Part shown: in pieces, positions 32,401 through 38,371 of the stretch
Position numbering within the stretch: the first letter of the stretch is position 1
Layout: each line of letters begins with the position of its first letter
Assembly (NCBI GenBank): GCA_000708835.1
Contig: DF237549.1
Span: 15,479 to 53,849 of the forward strand
Length of the DNA: 38,371 bases
Source of the DNA: Klebsormidium nitens
Lineage: Eukaryota; Plantae; Klebsormidiophyceae
Direction of reading: 5' to 3'
Notes under the pieces: model-generated
The model's database searches: none
Told to the model about the DNA's origin: nothing
The model's input: the letters and a program-made list of their open reading frames with translations, nothing else
Made by a program: the position numbers and the translations under genes

Positions 32401-35400
32401 GTTTGAGCGTCGTCATCGCACAATTGACCAGCCAAGTAGAGAGCAGTGGAAACCGGGAGCGAAGAAAAGGGATGACATGAGCAAGGCCCCTCTAGAAGCA
32501 ATTGGCCGCAAATTCCCTTGCTCGGGCTTTTGAGACCCTAAGAAGGGTCAACGAAGCAAGCCCTTTCACGTGGAGATTGGAAGGCAAACGCAGGGGTAGA
32601 AATTCCCTCTCTAGCCTCTCTTTATTTCTAAGGCCCTCATGCAATTGAACCAGGGCTTCGCTCACTGTTTTCTCTGTTTTCGATAGGCCCGATTGCTTAG
32701 TACTTGCAATCCTATTAAGGAGATCCGAGTTTCTTTTGAACTCGGTCCCTTCAGATGTGCCCACCTGAACGATGTTGACTGTGCTGTGCCCGACGTTTGC
32801 CACCAGCAGCAGGTCGTACGGCAGGCTGGAAACTAGATCGATGGCGAACCACGTCCGGAGGTAGTGCCGCGCCACGCGCTGCGGGCGCATCACGATCTTC
32901 TGCGGCCGGATGATGCGCAGCCCGTCGCGCATCTGCAGAAGTGCAGGCCTCAGGTTTTGAGACTCCCGGCTTTCGAAATACGGCGCCATGCCAGCAGTAC
33001 TTCGACGTTGAAGTACAGACCGAGATAACTAAGGCCGACGGCTTTGGATCAGGCGAACCAGATAAATGCCGTTTGGACTCGACTTCTTAGGCGGTTGTTG
33101 CAACTTCCATAACATTGCGGCAGCCTATACTACAATGGGAGGGACACACCGCTGGAACCAAGATTGCTGCTCAAGCTGCTCAATTGCAGAGCAAAAACCC
33201 CAATCCGCAACGGACTCCACCAAATGCCACGGCGCAACTCAGTTCGGAAAGCTTTGTCCCGCAGAAAATATCTGGACATTTGTCTGGCCAGATCGTCCTC
33301 CCTACCGAGCAAGGTCAAGCGAGCCGCCGTCCATGTCATCAATCCGCGCATGACAAAGTCATTAACTGTAACTATTGTGTCACTCCTACCCATAGATTCT
33401 GCTAATACCAGGCAAGCAACGTGACCAGCTAATGCACAGGTGCGCAGACTCAAAACCTTTGAGTCCCACACTCCAACCTCCTCAAAGTCCAAAGCTTGGT
33501 GCGCACCTCATCGCGCTGCTTTTCGACGTAGCCCGTACGAAAGTTCATGGCGACATCCACCAGGAAGATGACGTCCACGAGGAACTCGATGGTCAGCCAA
33601 CCACCGGTCAGCGACACGTCGAAGCACAGCTGGAACGGCAGGCTCAGCTGCAGGACGAGGAACGAAACACGTCTTTCACGGAAACGAGCGAAACACGTTA
33701 AAACTATCGTGTGGCAACGAAGCAAGTGTTGGCGACGGTCAGGGGCCTGTCGGACAGCTGTTTGTTGCCAGGTTTTTGGGAAGAAAGCTGGAATTCAAGT
33801 GCTGGAAGAACAGGATTAGCTGCAAAGCTGGGGAAAGAGGACGTTCGAAGCCCGGAAAGAAAAGAAAGATTGCAACACATGCTGACCAAAACGATCTCTG
33901 ATTGTAAAACAGAAAATCTTATCGGTTTGAAGAGGAGGACCTTTGTTAGTGCTTCTTAACCCGTCGAGTTTACCAGCTTTCTTGACCTCCAGCGAATAGA
34001 TTCAAGACTACAACGCAAGATGGACCCGGAAGCTTGGAAAGAAACTTCTATTGGTCAGAAGCCAACTCAGTGGGTCGTTGAGGATACATTTTGTGCAGAC
34101 TGGTCGAGCCTTTCGAAAGTTCCCTCGGGATCGACAGTAGCGGTCCTGGCTGGAATGCCATATCGACCACTCGAGTATCAGAAACTGAACGGTTCCAGTG
34201 AGTAGCTTAGGTGCTCGACTGAGATCACCCAGTTTTGCAGCTGCAAAAGAACGTACAACTGGCATCCATCTTCTGCAATGCGGTCTTGAAAACGGGGAAA
34301 ACACTGCAAATAAAAAACCCGTTCCCCCTCACCATAGTGTACACAATTGCGACTGTAATCACGAGGTTGATGTCGCGGTGCGCTCGCGAGAAGGGGTGGA
34401 TCATGGGCGGCCGCAGCCACTCGGACCAGTGCTTGTGGCGCACCTCGCGCACCGACGAGCCCCCGTGCGACCCGTCGTCGTTCGGGGCGTACTGTTCTGC
34501 GTCCACTCCCTTGTACCGCGTTTGCCAGTCCTGCCACCTGGAAAGAAATGGGACGTCCAATGACGTCAGGCTCTCCAGGGCATAGTCAGAAGAGGTAGGA
34601 TCTGCCCGCAAAGCACTGTAGAGAGGTCTCTGTACAACAAAGCCTTCGGTGCACGGACGACACTTTTGCCACCTGGCACGAAAAGCAAAGAGAGGTAACA
34701 ATCGTCCGCTGACGTCATCAACTGCAGAGCGGATACGCGCTTTCCATCTTGACTGCGCCTCCTGCCACCTGTAGAGAAATGAGGTGCCAGGTAACGTCAC
34801 ATTATTCGGATAGTGTGACTTTCGTGTCGGTCCCTGCATGAGCTAAGATGACCCTCTTCAGAGCAGAGAGGCAATTGTGACGAAATTGTCAGTCCTGCCA
34901 TCTGCAGAAAAGTGCCGTTCAGTAACAGCAGACAGTGCAAAGCAGTGCTGGGGCTGATGCTGTAAACTGCAATATGACGCCCTTCAGACAACAACAGGCC
35001 CTCTTGACACCTGCCACAACAAGGGCAAATCTGGCATGATGTGAGCTGGCTTGACTGCTTAAGAGCAACGCGTTTTTGTATGGTGACGGCCATTTCCCAC
35101 ACCTGAATAGTAGAGGTCACATCTGCGCTGGCGCCAACATATGAAAGAAATTGACGCCCCTGACCCATCTGGAGTAGGACTCCGACGAACAGAGATTCCA
35201 TGGGATAAAGGGAGGCCAACCAGGCAAGGCTCAATGTGTTAGCGCGCGCTCTTATCTTGTGCCTATCGAGAATGTAAACAACTCAAGCATCGAGGCCCAG
35301 GCCATGCCAGACAAGCAGCCCCCAATGTATCGTTCGCTTCTTCACGTGCTAAGGTAGGCCTGTGAATCGCAAGGAGAACCATCAATAGAAGCACTCAATC

Positions 35401-36793
35401 AAATGGAAAGAAAGATTGGCTCAGCAAGCTTCGTGTCATTCCTGAAATGCGTAGAGCAAGCCCACTCCAACTCGCACCTCCAAGACTCAAACCGGAGACA
35501 ATGTGCAACTCACGTTGTCTTGAAATGAGCGCCCAGACTGTGGCCCTCCTGCGTACTTTGCTGAAAGGTATCTTCGTCCTCGACCTGGGTCATACCGTAT
35601 GCCTCCGTCCCCGGAAGTGGGTCAAACTGGTTATCAAAGGGGTCACGCTTCCCGTCGTCCAAACCCGCATCCCTTTGCCTGCCGATTGTCGTTCCACTCT
35701 CTTCGCGATCCTTTGAGCGTTCTTCGCCAAACCCTGCTTGCGCTGTGCTGGACTCTCTTCTGAACGAACTCTTCCTGGGTCCCGAGGCCGCACTTTCCTC
35801 CCTAGACCTAACCGCTTCAATCTCCGAATGAAGCAGCTGTTGACTGCTATCATGCTCCGCAATACTCCCCATAGACGGCCCCAATGAACCCCCTTCCCCC
35901 TCGCTCGCTAAACCGCGCTGGCTCGTCGCCGTTTGCCCCTTCTCCTGCAGCCATGCAGCGTCTTCCAGGCCCCCCTCCCTTGCTCTGCTGCCCCCTGCGA
36001 AAAACTTCACTGGGGCAGACAAGTTCTCCACCTGATCCCCTGGCGCCTCTGCCGGCCCGTGGGGCAAATAATGGTTCCGGTAGGCGTCTCCAGTGGGGTG
36101 GGGTGGCATCCTGGGAACCGCAGGCGGAACCTGCCGGCTCCCCCCGCCGCTACCATCCGCACTCTCTGACTCTCCCTTAGCTGAATGTCCGGCTCTTGAG
36201 GAGTCATCAGAGTCAGAGCCCCTTCTGGACGATGGCCGTCTGAAAGCGAGCCCCCGCTGCACATTTAGGCCTGCCTTTCTCCAGTCAGTAGAACCTCCCT
36301 TAGCAGAAGCGTCCGACGGCTCAATGCGTCGCTTGTCGTCTTCCCCATCGTCGGTCAACCACTGGTGCCGCGCTACGACCTTGGCCAGGCCCCATCCCTT
36401 CTCTTTCCTGCTTGTTCCGCCCACCTGGCTGCCAGGAAGCTTATCTTCACCCTTCCTCCCAAACCACCGCCTGTTCTGCCCGTCAGCTGGAGAAGCCTCA
36501 ACCACCCGCGGAGATGACCCGACCTCTGCAAGCTCTTTTATGGAAGCGCGCCTAGCCAGTGGGGGCGAGGTATGGTCTCGCACATCTTTTAAAGATCGGC
36601 TGCGATGGGGGAGATCTTCGTGGGGGTGATCTGCCGAGGGCTCAGTCAGTCGACGGAGGGGGGGCTGACTGACTGTCGAAGGTTTCAAATCCTTCTTGGA
36701 ACCATTTGGAGTTGCAAGCTCCACACTTCCTTGATGCTGGAGGCTTTGGGAGGACCTCTTGCCTGCGGCGGCGTTTTGCCCATCCAGAGCCAT
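26430..36793 (-). CDS. Voltage-sensor, cyclic-nucleotide-binding-domain (CNBD) K+ channel, about 1024 aa; exons 36793-35514, 34537-34333, 33647-33507, 32932-32765, 32200-32081, 31382-31197, 30728-30553, 29934-29889, 29417-29343, 28673-28618, 28051-27961, 27358-27168, 26769-26430
   Basis: S1 entry IHPFSRAHRD; S2 FLVDVIFLVDVAMNFRTGY; S3 YLRTWFAIDLVSSLPYD; S4 FLRLFRLFRLHRL; pore YSAALYWSVITVTS/VGYGDI; C-linker IPDWLATRI/...DEEQMLQDLT/DELRMDL; CNBD AGEVMRHVYILRHG...VIGERCL...DLFDVLERFP. The ATG context is GCCACATGG. All 13 exons join in phase via GT-AG. Confidence 0.92.
27600..27919. mobile_element. 320-bp MITE-like inverted repeat in a K+ channel intron
   Basis: 30-nt arms at 27600-27629 (cctgggagggcgggtatggagaataggatc) and 27890-27919 are reverse complements with 2 mismatches. 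No TSD seen. Confidence 0.6.
28696..28759. repeat. Short interstitial telomere-type TTTTAGGG array in a K+ channel intron
   Basis: TTTTAGGG at 28696-28703, 28728-28735, 28736-28743 and 28752-28759, plus the variant TATTAGGG at 28744-28751. Confidence 0.75.
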
Positions 36794-36840
36794 GTGGCGG
36801 AAGATGAAGTTGTCAATGTTGCCTGCAAATACAAGTGATT
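36794..36840 (-). other. Probable 3' splice site of a 5'-UTR intron of the K+ channel gene
   Basis: The minus strand reads cacttgtatttgcag/gcaacattgacaacttcatcttccgccacATG, with the acceptor AG at 36824-36823. The upstream exon was not defined. Confidence 0.45.
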
Positions 36841-38371
36841 GTGTGTTTTCAATAAAAAGTGTTGCTTCCCAGCCCCTTAAATTATGCTGGTGCATGCTCC
36901 AGGCTTCAGCATGCACCAGCCTACAGGAACATCCAGGCATTGATTGTGTTTGTTTGACATTCTAGGGACAGCATTGAGCAATCTCTACAGGGCCAGTTAA
37001 TGAAGTCGCTCGGTGCCCTACTTTCACCAATCAAAAAGTACCCCTTCTTCAACTTGATCAAATGGGGTCTATCACAATGCAAGGGCAGGGCTAAATTGAA
37101 GACGGCCTTCAAGGTGACAACCACTGAAGCTTGCAGGGGACTCAATAAACAGAACACTAGTCATGTTCTGTGCCTATCTGAGCTCAATCCAGACCCTCAT
37201 CTGTCAGACACGGAGTGCAGTGCGGCGTTGGATTTGACACAGGATCCAATTCTGGACCAGGGCAAGGAATCAAGGATGAAGCAAGAACATAAGTAAGAAC
37301 ATTATAGGTTAGCACTCTCCTTACATGTGCCTGCCTTTGGACAATCAAGGGCAGGGAAAGCAAGCAGAAGAGCGGTAGCAGATATTCAAACACATGCTCG
37401 AGCAAGAGACTGGCCCCACATCTGAAGCTTGCTATTGCAAAGCACAAGAGAAAGCGAATAAAAGTTGCTTACAATTGCTGGCGCCCGTACTACTGATGGG
37501 GTTTCAACCACAGCCTTGCTTGGCCAACATCGGATGAGGATCGGATTTCGCAATACCGTCAATTAGCCGTCCAAACAGAAGCAATACCTACAACGGGCAG
37601 GAATCTGTTGATGCTTCGAGCAAAGTGCTCGTGGAAGGCATCTTGGGCAAGAGACCAAAGGAAACGCATCGAACACCAGTGGCAGAACCGGAAGAACTTT
37701 CAGCCGCTGCAAACATGCGATGGCCAGGACAGTACTCTTCCTGCAGATGTTGGAACTTGGATGTCACCTAGACTCCAGAGACCTTCTGAATCTATGTGAC
37801 AAGCTGCAAAGCCTCGTGCGCGGGCGCCTTCTATCCTGCGCCATCATGATCATCAAAGAGCGCCATCATTGCCCAACACTGACCAACCATCTTCAAAGAG
37901 ATCCGTGAAAGTACTCAGATACGTACACCATTTTCGACTGGGCTAGCTGGCTTCCAAATTCCAGATGGAGATGTCATGCATTGTAATAATATATGAAGCA
38001 GGTCCGACGATCGATATCGCCGGTCTTTTTGGCAGCACGGCAAGAAGGAAGAGGAGAGAGATCTGATCATGTTGCCAGGACCTCGCCGGTTTCTGACGGG
38101 GCTGAGAACCGTTTTGGTACCAATCCGCATGATCGAAGAATACCGGTATACCTTATAGAGGCGACATGAGGGATCGAGCCGACCGACGAAATCAAAACTC
38201 CGTGTCATGGTCTCGAACGGTAGCCTGGTCCTAGTCTCAACGGCACATGCAGGAGCACACACACACGAGCCCGGTATAAAATGGGTCGGCAGAGCCAACA
38301 GTTCGGAGATATAGGAATCCCTAAGAATCCGGGTCGCAATCTAGGATCCTCCTACCCTAGATAGAGTGTGC

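Noticed and set aside
1-36793. All five genes as one functional cluster (ROS, K+ flux, demethylation)
   Set aside because: Beyond the divergent NOX/GLP pair there is no shared motif or pathway link; adjacency is expected in a gene-dense algal genome.
1-38371. Most ORFs of the six-frame track as independent genes (e.g. 16678-16923, 17013-17231, 19778-20212, 36093-36629)
   Set aside because: They are antisense or off-frame shadows of GC-rich exons or intron read-through, with no recognisable motifs.
37500-38371. Additional gene or TE at the right edge
   Set aside because: Only short open frames without recognisable motifs; this may be 5'-UTR or promoter of the channel gene, or decayed repeat.
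1-38371. CRISPR arrays, rRNA, operons or other prokaryotic systems
   Set aside because: The sequence is spliceosomal-intron-rich eukaryotic DNA with no regularly spaced repeat-spacer array or rRNA signature.

Overview
Eukaryotic, intron-rich nuclear DNA from a green plant. It is most consistent with a streptophyte alga such as Klebsormidium; this is an inference from TTTTAGGG telomere-type repeats, a DME/ROS1 gene and plant-like RBOH exon junctions. I reconstructed five spliced genes by hand using GT/GC-AG sites, phase continuity and family motifs. (1) A minus-strand NADPH oxidase (RBOH/NOX), cut by the left window edge, that appears to lack the N-terminal EF-hand region. (2) A divergently transcribed secreted germin-like cupin with spherulin-like features. 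(3) A plastid-targeted histidine-phosphatase/PGM-fold protein whose RHG motif reads RAG. (4) A DEMETER/ROS1-family 5mC DNA glycosylase with a ~470-aa internally repetitive insertion in its C-terminal domain. (5) A 6-TM voltage-sensor K+ channel with a CNBD, a ~430-aa disordered N-terminus and no ankyrin/KHA tail. Intergenic DNA and introns carry MITE-like inverted repeats, an interstitial telomeric array and TpA-rich decayed repeats. The best leads are the head-to-head EF-hand-less NOX plus germin pair (candidate apoplastic superoxide-to-H2O2 module), the remodelled DME and a MITE that seems to have duplicated a 3' splice site. No database searches were run; all family calls come from recalled motifs.
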